Shown here in pieces: positions 38,047-46,955 of a DNA stretch of 64,000 nt. The stretch comes from Patescibacteria group bacterium (lineage in GTDB: Bacteria > Patescibacteriota > Doudnabacteria > UBA920). Location: NCBI GenBank assembly GCA_036726225.1, contig DAIMCS010000004.1:21829-85828 (forward strand), written 5' to 3'. The position numbers and the translations under genes are program-made. How positions within the stretch are numbered: position 1 is the stretch's first letter; the number at the start of each line of letters is the position of its first letter. A model generated the notes under the pieces. That model did not search any database and was not told the DNA's origin. It saw only the letters and a list, made by a program, of their open reading frames with translations.

Positions 38047-39063
38047 TCAGTCTTTAAAACCTGTACGGTAAATGTTGAGCAGTGTAATAAACACAGCCAT
38101 CATAATTGGCCCAAGCAAAAACCCTAAAACTCCAAAAAGTTGGATGCCGCCCAGCACTGCCAGCAAAACCACCAAAGGATGTAAGTTAGCTTTGCTGCCA
38201 ATAACTCTGGGGCTAATAAAGTTGTCTATTAAACCAACAGCTACCGCCCCCCAAATAACCAATCCCACGGCTGCGCCCGTGTGGCCGGTAAGCAGCAAAT
38301 ACAAAACCGCCGGAACAATGGACAAAGATGTGCCAAAGGTAGGCACTAAGGCAGCCAGCACGGTGACCGCTCCCCAAATAAACGGATGGGGTACGCCAAA
38401 AATTAAAAAACCGACTGTGGCAACGACACCCTGTGTAAGCGCAATTAAGAACGAACCCTTTACCACTCCGGAAATTGCTTTTTCCAATTCATCTATTAAT
38501 TTTATTCCGTGGGCCCGGGAGAGCGGGAAAATTGCGCCTGCTAATTCTTTAATTTTGTCGCCGTCGCGCAAAAAATAATACAGGCTAAAAAATACCAAAA
38601 AACACCCGAGCAAAAAGTTGGCAACGTTAGACAGGATGGTAGTTACGCTGCGAACTGTGGCTCCTGCTAAAGTGGAAACCCTTTCAGACAAGCCTATTAA
38701 AAAACTTCTTCCCAAATCCTGCAGAGCCTCCGGCAAAGCTTTCACAAGCCCGTTTTCGCCTAAATTCAATCCGCCATTGGCAAAGCTGTTGTAGAGGTTG
38801 ACAATTTCACCATACAAAGCGTAGCCAATTAAAAACAAAGGCACTAAGACAATTATTAAAACCAATAACACGGTAAGCAGCCCGGCAGAAGTTTCGGATT
38901 TTGTCTTTCTTACCAAACGCTCATACCAAGGCTTAAAAAGCACTGCCAAAATTCCGGCCAAGGCGAGTAATTCTAAAAATGGCCAAAACAAAAAAAGGGC
39001 TAAAATAGCGGCAGCGCCTAAAAGAATAAAAAAACCTATATTTTGAGTCCGCTCATTAAACAT
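38047..39063 (-). CDS. AI-2E family transporter (PerM/YhhT, UPF0118)
   Basis: About eight TM helices; overall UPF0118-like layout; 338 aa. Confidence 0.7.
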   Translation of the reverse strand: MFNERTQNIGFFILLGAAAILALFLFWPFLELLALAGILAVLFKPWYERLVRKTKSETSAGLLTVLLVLIIVLVPLFLIGYALYGEIVNLYNSFANGGLNLGENGLVKALPEALQDLGRSFLIGLSERVSTLAGATVRSVTTILSNVANFLLGCFLVFFSLYYFLRDGDKIKELAGAIFPLSRAHGIKLIDELEKAISGVVKGSFLIALTQGVVATVGFLIFGVPHPFIWGAVTVLAALVPTFGTSLSIVPAVLYLLLTGHTGAAVGLVIWGAVAVGLIDNFISPRVIGSKANLHPLVVLLAVLGGIQLFGVLGFLLGPIMMAVFITLLNIYRTGFKD

Positions 39064-39186
39064 ACACTATTATTATAACAGATTTATCCCAGTAGACAAA
39101 AACCCCTGTTTATGCTATATTTTATGTATCTTTCCCGAAAAGAAAACGCGGGATTTTTTTATGAAAAGCGAGCAGCCCCATACTTT

Positions 39187-39245
39187 CCTCTCCCCTTGCG
39201 GGAGAGGATGTTCTGACAAAGTCAGAACAGGTGAGGGGAAATAGG
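39187..39245 (+). promoter_or_regulatory. Structured GC-rich element in the typA 5' leader
   Basis: 8-bp perfect hairpin cctctccc-cttgc-gggagagg, then ttctgac-aaag-tcagaa and GGTGAGGGGAAA; a related copy lies inside typA at 40481-40534. Confidence 0.3.
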
Positions 39246-39254
39246 CACTAAATT

Positions 39255-41165
39255 ATGAAACGAGACAACATTAGAAACATTGCAATAATCGCGCACGTCG
39301 ACCATGGGAAAACGACTCTTGTCGACGCCATGCTTAAGCAAACCCAAACCGTAAAAGACAATCCTGACACCAAGGATTTAATTATGGACAGCATGGACCT
39401 GGAGCGCGAGCGCGGCATTACCATTCGGGCGAAAAACGCTTCGCTTATTTATAATGGCACGAAAATAAATATTGTAGATACCCCCGGACACGCTGACTTT
39501 GGCGGTGAAGTGGAACGTACTTTAAGAATGGCCGACGGAGTTTTGCTGCTTGTAGATGCCAAAGAAGGCCCCATGCCGCAAACCAAATTCGTGCTTAAAA
39601 AAGCTTTGGAGCTTGGCCTTAAAGCCATTGTGGTAATAAACAAAGTAGACAAGCCCGATGCCCAGGTGGAAGCCAGCATCAACAAAACTTTTGACTTGTT
39701 TGTAAAATTAAATGCGAATGACCAACAGCTCGATTTCCCTATTATTTACGCGGCCGGCAAAAAGGGCTTGGCCGACACTGACTTAGAAAAATTAAAAGCT
39801 AAAATTACTTCGGAAAGCACGCCCGATGTTTCTCCTTTGTTTGAAGCCATTATAAAATATATTCCTGCGCCCGATGTTAAACCCGAGGACCCATTTGCTA
39901 TGTTGGTCTTAGCTTTGGTTTACGACAACTACAAAGGTAAAATGGGCATTGGCAAAATTGTTTCCGGCTCCATAAAAAAAGCCCAGAATATTGTCCGCAT
40001 TAAGCCGGACGAATCAAAAACATTAGGAAAAATTTCTTCCTTACAAATGTACGAAGGCCTTAAGCCTGCCGATGTAGAAGAAGCCGTAGCCGGCGACATT
40101 GTGGCTATTGGCGGCTTTGACGACATCTCCATTGGAGAAACTTTAACTGACCCTACAAATCCCATTCACTTAGAGCCCGTAGAAATTGAACCGCCCACAA
40201 TAAAAATGACTTTTGGCGTAAATACTTCTCCCTTTGCCGGACGAGAAGGTAAATTTGTCACCTCCAGAAATTTGAGAGATAGATTATACAAAGAACTTGA
40301 AATTAACGTGGCTTTGAAAGTTGAACCGAGTGAAGAAGGTGCGGAAAGCTTTTTAGTTAGCGGCCGCGGTGAACTTCACCTTGGAGTTTTAATTGAAACT
40401 ATGAGACGCGAAGGTTTTGAACTGCAAGTTTCCCAGCCACAGGTTATTTATCACTACAAAGCGCCGGATGGCACAATATTACCTTCTCCCCCCGCGGGAG
40501 AAGGTGGCCAAAGGCCGGATGAGGGGGAAAAGGGCTACACAAAAATGGAGCCTTACGAAGTAGTTACTATTGATGTACCCAGCGAATACCAAGGCGCTAT
40601 GATAGAAAATTTGGGCAAACGCGGCGCAGAAATGCTGCATATGGATTCTTCCAACAACACTGAACTCCACGCCGAATATCTCATACCCACTCGTGGTTTA
40701 ATTGGTCTTAAAAACCTGCTTTTAACACAGACCCGCGGCACAGTTATTTTAAATAATTTGTTCGACAGCTACAAACCCGTTCACGAAATAGATGCCCATG
40801 CTAATGAGCACGGCAGTTTAATTGCTTCTGAAACCGGAGTCTCCAATGCCTACGGACTTAACAATGCCCAAGAACGCGGCATTATGTTTATTGGCCCGGC
40901 CGTGGAAGTTTATGAAGGTATGGTTGTGGGACAAAATGCTTTGGATACCGACCTTGAGCTTAACGTTTGTAAAACTAAAAAACTTACCAACATTCGCTCC
41001 AGTGGAACCGACGAAGCCATTATCCTCACCCCTCCCCGTTTAGTTGAACTGGACTTTGCGCTCGAATACATTGGGCCGGACGAACTTGTTGAAGTAACTC
41101 CAAAATCTATTCGCATCCGCAAAAAATTATTAGACGCCAACGCCCGCAAACGCGCAGCACGGTAG
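39255..41165 (+). CDS. typA: Translational GTPase TypA/BipA
   Basis: G1 AHVDHGKTTL; G3 DTPGHADF; G4 NKVD; EF-G-like domains and the BipA C-terminal domain; carries an extra ~18-aa Pro/Gly-rich insert. Confidence 0.95.
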   Translation: MKRDNIRNIAIIAHVDHGKTTLVDAMLKQTQTVKDNPDTKDLIMDSMDLERERGITIRAKNASLIYNGTKINIVDTPGHADFGGEVERTLRMADGVLLLVDAKEGPMPQTKFVLKKALELGLKAIVVINKVDKPDAQVEASINKTFDLFVKLNANDQQLDFPIIYAAGKKGLADTDLEKLKAKITSESTPDVSPLFEAIIKYIPAPDVKPEDPFAMLVLALVYDNYKGKMGIGKIVSGSIKKAQNIVRIKPDESKTLGKISSLQMYEGLKPADVEEAVAGDIVAIGGFDDISIGETLTDPTNPIHLEPVEIEPPTIKMTFGVNTSPFAGREGKFVTSRNLRDRLYKELEINVALKVEPSEEGAESFLVSGRGELHLGVLIETMRREGFELQVSQPQVIYHYKAPDGTILPSPPAGEGGQRPDEGEKGYTKMEPYEVVTIDVPSEYQGAMIENLGKRGAEMLHMDSSNNTELHAEYLIPTRGLIGLKNLLLTQTRGTVILNNLFDSYKPVHEIDAHANEHGSLIASETGVSNAYGLNNAQERGIMFIGPAVEVYEGMVVGQNALDTDLELNVCKTKKLTNIRSSGTDEAIILTPPRLVELDFALEYIGPDELVEVTPKSIRIRKKLLDANARKRAAR

Positions 41166-41198
41166 ACTGTCATTGCGAGCGAAGCGAAGTAATCTATC

Positions 41199-41228
41199 CA
41201 AAGTATAAAACCCCGCTATCGGCGGGGT
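41199..41228. terminator. Rho-independent terminator after typA
   Basis: aaaaccccgc-tatcg-gcggggtttt, with flanking A/T runs; it is bidirectional. Confidence 0.7.
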
Positions 41229-41238
41229 TTTATCTTAA

Positions 41239-42417
41239 CTATTTCTTTGCTCGATGAGCACGAAAACCATCATCGAAGATTTCGTAATAATCGGCATATA
41301 TATATTTTTGAGCATATTCCGTCTCGCCAAGAGGTTCTAGAATTCTTAACTTTTGCAAACGCTCAATCATATTGTAGGCACCCTGAGGAGAAAAACCAGT
41401 CCACTTCATAATTTCCGAAATACCTACTATGGGCTGACTGAAAAGCTTGCGGACAATTTCCAAAGTTGATTCTGCCGATTTTTTGCCAAGCTTTTGCATT
41501 TTAGCAAAATCGCGATCGCGCAATGCAGTAATCTGAGCACATGTTTCTATACCAGATTCGGCTATTTCCGCAATTCCCTCAAGAAAAAAATCGAGCCAGC
41601 CATAGACGTCAGAATCTTCATCATGATACGCCTGAAGTTTCTGATAATATACTTTTTGGTATTTTTTGAAGTAGCTTGAAAGATACAAAACTGGTAACTC
41701 TAACAACTTTGCGTGATGAATATACATGGCAATTAACATCCTTCCAGTACGTCCGTTACCATCGGTAAACGGGTGAATAGTCTCAAATTGTGCATGAATT
41801 AAACCTGCCTTTACTAATGAAGGGTAATCATCTTTAGTGTGAATAAATTTCTCTAAATCGCCCATGGCTTTATTCATGTCATGTGGCGCTGGGGGGACGA
41901 ACGAAGCATCGGCGGGAGTTTTTCCACCAATCCAATTCTGAGTACTACGAAACTCACCTGGATATGCATGTTGTGTAGAACGAGCACCCGTCATTAATTT
42001 TTCATGTAATTCACGAATAAAACGCAAAGAGATCGGGAATTCCTTTGTTCTGTCAACGCCGTAATTCGCAGCCTTTATATAATGTTCAATATCGTCCACG
42101 TCAGGATTTTTCCTGTCTTTCTCCTCTGTCACTGGCGCGGCAACGGCATCTTGCAATGTAGCCTTAGTACCTTCGATCTGACTTGAGTAAGTAGCATCTT
42201 TTACTACGAACATAGAAATAAAAAAATCCTTATCAGGCAATAGACGCATAATACCATCTAGTTTACCAACCAACCTAATAGCCTCTTCGTGCTTTTTATA
42301 AAGTTTTGGGCTAATATTGAAACCAGCTTTTGGCGGGAAATCCAAAGGCGTGAAGGTCTTATAACCTTCTTTTTGTTGTATATACTTGCCAATTTTCGGT
42401 TTGTTGATATCATTCAT
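41239..42417 (-). CDS. Fic-family protein (AMPylator-type) with an N-terminal inhibitory motif (class II-like)
   Basis: Fic motif HPFTDGNGRTGR; N-terminal SSQIEG matches the (S/T)xxxE(G/N) inhibitory helix; C-terminal wHTH-like region. Confidence 0.85.
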   Translation of the reverse strand: MNDINKPKIGKYIQQKEGYKTFTPLDFPPKAGFNISPKLYKKHEEAIRLVGKLDGIMRLLPDKDFFISMFVVKDATYSSQIEGTKATLQDAVAAPVTEEKDRKNPDVDDIEHYIKAANYGVDRTKEFPISLRFIRELHEKLMTGARSTQHAYPGEFRSTQNWIGGKTPADASFVPPAPHDMNKAMGDLEKFIHTKDDYPSLVKAGLIHAQFETIHPFTDGNGRTGRMLIAMYIHHAKLLELPVLYLSSYFKKYQKVYYQKLQAYHDEDSDVYGWLDFFLEGIAEIAESGIETCAQITALRDRDFAKMQKLGKKSAESTLEIVRKLFSQPIVGISEIMKWTGFSPQGAYNMIERLQKLRILEPLGETEYAQKYIYADYYEIFDDGFRAHRAKK

Positions 42418-42521
42418 AGCAATATCAACATATTAGGCTATTTAGTTGATATTGTCAAGAGAGATGTCAACTGTTTTGAAAATGCTCATTTTAATGGGCC
42501 ATGTCCCCATTTTTTATTAAG

Positions 42522-42716
42522 TTATTTGGCTAAGTCGGCAGCGGCTTGCAGTAAATTTGTCCTTTCCTTTTCTTTTGCTTGCGGGCCCATTTTGTCTGAC
42601 TTATCCAATTCCTGCATTAAGATATTAGTAGCTTCATGCAATTCCTTACCTTCTTGCATAAAAGCCTGCAGACGATTTTTGTAGTCAGTTGGTTGTTCTG
42701 GTCCTTTTTCTGGCAT
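42522..42716 (-). CDS. Small charged helical protein, hypothetical
   Basis: 64-aa ORF between the NERD and Fic genes; no motif recognised. Confidence 0.3.
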   Translation of the reverse strand: MPEKGPEQPTDYKNRLQAFMQEGKELHEATNILMQELDKSDKMGPQAKEKERTNLLQAAADLAK

Positions 42717-42755
42717 AAATAATTCTTTAATATTAATATATTACCTTATTTACCT

Positions 42756-43520
42756 CTATTTTCCAATATAAGGCTTTAAAAATTCAACTACGGCAATAAC
42801 ATTTAAAGGTTTTTGCGAGTGAGCGTAATTTTGCAAAAAATTAAACAATACTCGTTGATGAATGACAGGAATGCCTAAAACCGGTCCGTTTATGTCAACA
42901 TAACATTTAGGATTTGCAAAAACTAAAACTGGAATAATTGGAAATTCGTGGCCCATTTTATGAAATAAAAAATCTTTTAAGATTCGCTCCTGCAGTCTTA
43001 CTTGGCTTAAAATATTTTTTGGGAAAGGTCTCCCATTCCATAAAAGCTTGCGGCCATCAAAAGATACGCGGCCAGCATGATTTTTTACTTCAAGACTAAA
43101 AACCTCATTTGGCCTTGTTAAAACAAAATCTATATTACCTACACTACCTAAGTTAATATCTTGCAAAACATGATTATCGTCTGGTAATTGCTTGAGCGTA
43201 TTAAAAACCAAAAGCTCGCCTGCCCTGCCGGATTCATAATTTTTGGATCTCCTTTCTCTTTGGCTATAAAAGTATAAAAACGCTGCGCAGGCAATAAAAA
43301 TTAAAAATAAAATTATAGCGAGTCGAAGAATACTCAACTCTTGTATTGGGACGCTTTTAATAACTGTTAAAATCAGAGCTACTATTACGCCCCCGATTAT
43401 TAAAGCAATAAAATAATGTCCTTTTGAAAACCAAGTATTGGTTTTCTGTTGTGTAATTAAATATTTACTCTCCGAACCGTATATTTGAGCCATGTATAAA
43501 TTATAAGACTTTCTTTCCAA
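42756..43520 (-). CDS. Membrane-anchored NERD (nuclease-related domain) protein
   Basis: Two N-terminal TM helices, then a NERD-like core: GRAGELLVFNTLKQL...GNIDFVLTRPNEVFSLEVKNHAGRV. Confidence 0.65.
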   Translation of the reverse strand: MERKSYNLYMAQIYGSESKYLITQQKTNTWFSKGHYFIALIIGGVIVALILTVIKSVPIQELSILRLAIILFLIFIACAAFLYFYSQRERRSKNYESGRAGELLVFNTLKQLPDDNHVLQDINLGSVGNIDFVLTRPNEVFSLEVKNHAGRVSFDGRKLLWNGRPFPKNILSQVRLQERILKDFLFHKMGHEFPIIPVLVFANPKCYVDINGPVLGIPVIHQRVLFNFLQNYAHSQKPLNVIAVVEFLKPYIGK

Positions 43521-43559
43521 AAAAGAAACGCACCGAGAATGCTGGTGCGTATTCCTTAG

Positions 43560-44009
43560 TTAGACCGGAAAAGTTTCGGTACCAAAGAGCTCCAACTGTA
43601 GTGGCTTTTTGTATTTCTGTCCGAACCTCTCTATAAGACGGTCGAGTTCTTCCATTGTTTTGACGCCAACCCCGTAAAGGTCGGTAATTTCTTGTCGGGT
43701 TCGCTGACACACATCTTCCAAGGTCGATATTCCATGTTTTTTGTGTAGTCTTGTCAGCCCGTGAGTTTCGGTTGTGAATTCGTGTGCTAAACAAATTTTG
43801 CTCCGACTCACGGCGAAATGAGTAGTCCGGATTGGGTTAGAAATGACAATAGAGAAAAATACCACGTTATGCCATATGGAATTCTCCCTGTTTAGCATTT
43901 CGGAGGTCTTTCCTGCTTCCCCAATTTCGGTGAGGTCTCTTAATATCTTACACAAGCCACAGTCTACCTGAGAACATATGGCCAAATCTCGCTTCTGCCT
44001 TTGCGTCAA
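43560..44009 (-). CDS. Hypothetical protein with a C-terminal HhH motif (RNA polymerase alpha-CTD-like)
   Basis: ITDLYGVGVKTMEELDRLIERFG resembles an alphaCTD/HhH segment. Confidence 0.35.
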   Translation of the reverse strand: MTQRQKRDLAICSQVDCGLCKILRDLTEIGEAGKTSEMLNRENSIWHNVVFFSIVISNPIRTTHFAVSRSKICLAHEFTTETHGLTRLHKKHGISTLEDVCQRTRQEITDLYGVGVKTMEELDRLIERFGQKYKKPLQLELFGTETFPV

Positions 44010-44136
44010 AATGTTTCCTCCATTCTGTAAAGTTCTCGTCCACCGGACGAGCCCTTAAGCAATTGGAGGTTGCAAAAGTGTCGTCGAGATGGATATATTA
44101 GCGTATACCCATCAAAAATATATGTCAACAAAATTT

Positions 44137-44166
44137 TAAAAAACCTGGACAAAGTCCAGGTTTTTT
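44137..44166. terminator. Rho-independent terminator, bidirectional
   Basis: aaaaacctggac-aaa-gtccaggtttttt. Confidence 0.65.
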
Positions 44167-44169
44167 AGT

Positions 44170-45897
44170 TTACATTTGAGGCTGGGGGGCTGTTGGGGCT
44201 ACGGGTTTTATAGGATCTATTTCGTAATCTTCAAAGTATTCTAAGGAATTATCCTTCCTGGGCACGCGGCTTTCGTCGCCTTCTAAGGCTGGGTCGCCAA
44301 TGTAATTTATCCGTCCGGCGTTAAAAATTCTATACTTTAACACATCTGTCACCCAAACATTGGCGTGGGAAGAATTGCCAGCGGTAATATTTGCGTTGGC
44401 GGCTTTGAGCGCGCGGGAATCCAAATTGGAAGCGTTTTGAAGTGTAGCATTAAAGTTTTGGGCTTCGCCGGCAACTTTAAAAAAACTGGAATTTAAAAGA
44501 TTGGCATTTAAAGTCTGGCCTTTAAAAGTAAATCCGGCGCTGGCAGAGTTTGAAAGATTTATAGTTGTAGTAGTTGCGGTTAAAGATGCACTTTGCACGT
44601 TAGAAGAATTTCTTGCGGTAATTTCTTCAAAGAAGGGCGCGGTTATTTCTACCAATGTGTCGCCGCTTATGCAAAAGAAGCAATGGCCTTCTGATTTCTT
44701 TGTAATTTTAAGCAAATCCCCTTCTTGGGTAACTTCAAGCCTGTCTACATCCATTGCCCAGCCCTGGCCTCGAATTTTAAATTCATTGCCTTCAACTAAT
44801 TTATAGTCTATGGAATTAGAAACATCTATTCTTTTGAAATCTCTATGATCAAAAGTTTTAGATACTGTTTGAAGCTCGGGACTGTTTTTTACCTGCTGCA
44901 CATAGCCCGGAATGTAGCGGCTGCCCAAAACCCCGGCAAAAACCAAGGCAATTAGCCAAACCCCAAACAAGCTAAAACCAACAGTGGAGCTGACAATTTT
45001 GCGCTTGCTAAACAAAGCCACAAAAAGCAATAGCAAAAAAATTAAAGGAACAATAACCAAAGCATAGGCAATAACCAACAAAAAATGGAAACCGGCCCCG
45101 TGGGCAATGGTTGAAAGAGGAAAACCAATGTAAGGCGAGTTAACATTAAAAAGCAGGGAAACAAACGCCGTGGTAAAGAGTGCTGTGGCAAAAGCAAAAC
45201 CAACTACCAACAAAAACGAAAGCACTTTAACTAAAATACTAAGAAGCCTTTTTAAAATTTCCCCTACCCGCGAGAAAAATTCATTCAGAGAACCGCCTAC
45301 TCGCTTTTTTTTTACGTGCTCCTCAAACTCATGCGCACGCTCTTTTATGGTTTGTCCTATGGAATCTAAATTAAGCGGCTCGCCGCGCATTTGCATTTTT
45401 TCGGTTGGCGTTTTAGCTTCGGGCATTATAAGCCACAAAACTAAGTAAATGGGGATCATTGTACCCCAGGCAAATAATAAAACCACAAACCCCAAACGCA
45501 CCCAAAAAGGGTCAATGTCAAAATATGCGGCAATGCCCGAAGCTACACCGGCAATAACTTTGTTGGAGCCGTCGCGCATTAGTTTTTTTGGCGCAAAAGA
45601 AGTCTTTTCTTCGGACCTTTTACCGCTGTCTTGGCCGGTTATGTCTTCCACACTGCCAAGCTCTTGTATGAGTTTTTCAGCGTCGCTCAAAGTAATTACC
45701 GCCTGCGTGTTTCCTTGGTGTTGCTCGGAAAACTTTTCCGCAATCCGGTTTTCCATGTCTTGAACAATTTCCTCGCTTCCCGGGTACCTGGCAAAATGCG
45801 CCCTAATAGAGCTTAAGTACTCGTCCAGTTTTTTGTAGGCGTCTTCTTCTATAAAAAAGTTTGTGCCGCCTAAATTTATGCTTATTGTTTTATTCAT
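44170..45897 (-). CDS. PspC-domain membrane protein with a C-terminal DUF4097/DUF2807 (LiaG-like 'adhesin') beta-region
   Basis: PspC core KKLMRDGSNKVIAGVASGIAAYFDIDPFWVRLGFVVL; several TM helices; C-terminal Asn/Ser/Thr-rich beta-repeat domain. Confidence 0.7.
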   Translation of the reverse strand: MNKTISINLGGTNFFIEEDAYKKLDEYLSSIRAHFARYPGSEEIVQDMENRIAEKFSEQHQGNTQAVITLSDAEKLIQELGSVEDITGQDSGKRSEEKTSFAPKKLMRDGSNKVIAGVASGIAAYFDIDPFWVRLGFVVLLFAWGTMIPIYLVLWLIMPEAKTPTEKMQMRGEPLNLDSIGQTIKERAHEFEEHVKKKRVGGSLNEFFSRVGEILKRLLSILVKVLSFLLVVGFAFATALFTTAFVSLLFNVNSPYIGFPLSTIAHGAGFHFLLVIAYALVIVPLIFLLLLFVALFSKRKIVSSTVGFSLFGVWLIALVFAGVLGSRYIPGYVQQVKNSPELQTVSKTFDHRDFKRIDVSNSIDYKLVEGNEFKIRGQGWAMDVDRLEVTQEGDLLKITKKSEGHCFFCISGDTLVEITAPFFEEITARNSSNVQSASLTATTTTINLSNSASAGFTFKGQTLNANLLNSSFFKVAGEAQNFNATLQNASNLDSRALKAANANITAGNSSHANVWVTDVLKYRIFNAGRINYIGDPALEGDESRVPRKDNSLEYFEDYEIDPIKPVAPTAPQPQM

Positions 45898-45927
45898 AGA
45901 TTTAAGATTAAAGATTTATGATTTTAG

Positions 45928-46026
45928 TGTCATTCCGAGCGAGGCCTTTTGGGCCGAGTCGAGGAATCCCTTTAATTTGATATTTATCCCGGATTAAGGG
46001 ATCCCTCCACTTCGGTCGGGATGACA
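45928..46026. repeat. ~99-bp palindromic element with TGTCATTCCGAGCG / CGGTCGGGATGACA termini and a nested internal inverted repeat
   Basis: Terminal inverted repeat of 14 bp (12/14 match); internal gaatccctttaat ... attaagggatcc; intergenic between the padR-like and pspC-like genes. Confidence 0.5.
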
Positions 46027-46032
46027 TGCAGA

Positions 46033-46401
46033 TTAGGAGGCATACTTACTAATTAATGATTTAATGCTTTTTGAAAGTTGGTCCCAATTTTTTTCTAAAG
46101 CCTTTAAGGTTTGCCTGCCGCTCTCCGTTAGCCGGTAATACTTACGGGGCGGTCCGGCTTTACTTTCCACCCATTTGTATTCAAGCAGTCCGCCGTCTTT
46201 AAGGCGGCTTAAAAGCGGATAAAGCGTGCCTTCAACAACTATAAGGTCAAAATCTTTTAGCTCTTTTAAGATGTCCGACGGATAGATCTCTTCTTTGGAG
46301 ATAATAAGCAAAATACAAAATTCTAAAATGCCTTTGCGCATTTGGCCTTTGGTATTTTCTATGTCAAAGTCGTTTGTATTTGTCATAATGGAATTATACA
46401 C
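46033..46401 (-). CDS. PadR-family transcriptional regulator
   Basis: wHTH with LYPLLSRLKDGGLL...YYRLTESGR; 122 aa. Confidence 0.8.
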   Translation of the reverse strand: MYNSIMTNTNDFDIENTKGQMRKGILEFCILLIISKEEIYPSDILKELKDFDLIVVEGTLYPLLSRLKDGGLLEYKWVESKAGPPRKYYRLTESGRQTLKALEKNWDQLSKSIKSLISKYAS

Positions 46402-46455
46402 GATAGTAGTTTGTAATGCAAGGTACTGGGCTGTGGATAATTCTAAAATTTAAGT

Positions 46456-46485
46456 TTGACTTTAAATAAGCGAATAATATATAAT
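46456..46485 (+). promoter_or_regulatory. Near-consensus sigma70-type promoter (TTGACT-N18-TATAAT)
   Basis: Seen in sequence; followed by SD AAGGAG at 46522 and ATG at 46537. Confidence 0.4.
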
Positions 46486-46536
46486 CTACTTAACCCACCG
46501 GTGTTTTGGTGGGAAAACAACAAGGAGAAAACACAA

Positions 46537-46878
46537 ATGAAGCGAAAAGATCGGCCTCTGCTTTCGGTTGTGGTAGTGATTGTTTTGTTGCTCTTGGTCG
46601 GAACTTTGGGCAACGCGGCGTCGAAATCCGCTATCGACGAGCCCGTTGCAAATAGCATTGAATCGACGAACGAGTCTTTTGGTCCTGCGCCGGCCGTCAA
46701 CATTGATATCGACGCCACGCAGACTCTGGTCGCTTTTGGCACGGCGGCTCGCATTGCCGGAACGCACCAAACCGTAACGACGACGATTGCAATAACGGCT
46801 ACGAACCTGGGCAGGAGGTTGGAAACTTCTTCTCCACCGCCTGCAAAGACAACGGCCGTGTACCGACTAAACGTGTAG
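46537..46878 (+). CDS. Small secreted/membrane protein in a visibly GC-rich (foreign-looking) patch
   Basis: Strong SD (aaggagaaa, 7 nt upstream); signal/TM RPLLSVVVVIVLLLLVGTLGNAAS; terminator at 46918-46955. The GC-rich DNA also yields antisense ORFs, so the strand call rests on the promoter, SD and terminator. Confidence 0.4.
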   Translation: MKRKDRPLLSVVVVIVLLLLVGTLGNAASKSAIDEPVANSIESTNESFGPAPAVNIDIDATQTLVAFGTAARIAGTHQTVTTTIAITATNLGRRLETSSPPPAKTTAVYRLNV

Positions 46879-46917
46879 TTCCCTCCCCCCTAGCAGGCGA
46901 TTCCAGTCGTGCTGCAA

Positions 46918-46955
46918 CCCCCATCCAGCTTCTGCCGGATGGGGGGTTCTTTTTT
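46918..46955. terminator. Rho-independent terminator
   Basis: cccccatcc-agcttctgcc-ggatggggg, then ttcttttttaaaa. Confidence 0.65.

Noticed and set aside
42522-42716. The 64-aa ORF as a class I Fic antitoxin (VbhA-like).
   Set aside because: It lacks a proper (S/T)xxxE(G/N) motif (it has AFMQEG), and the Fic protein already carries its own SSQIEG inhibitory helix.
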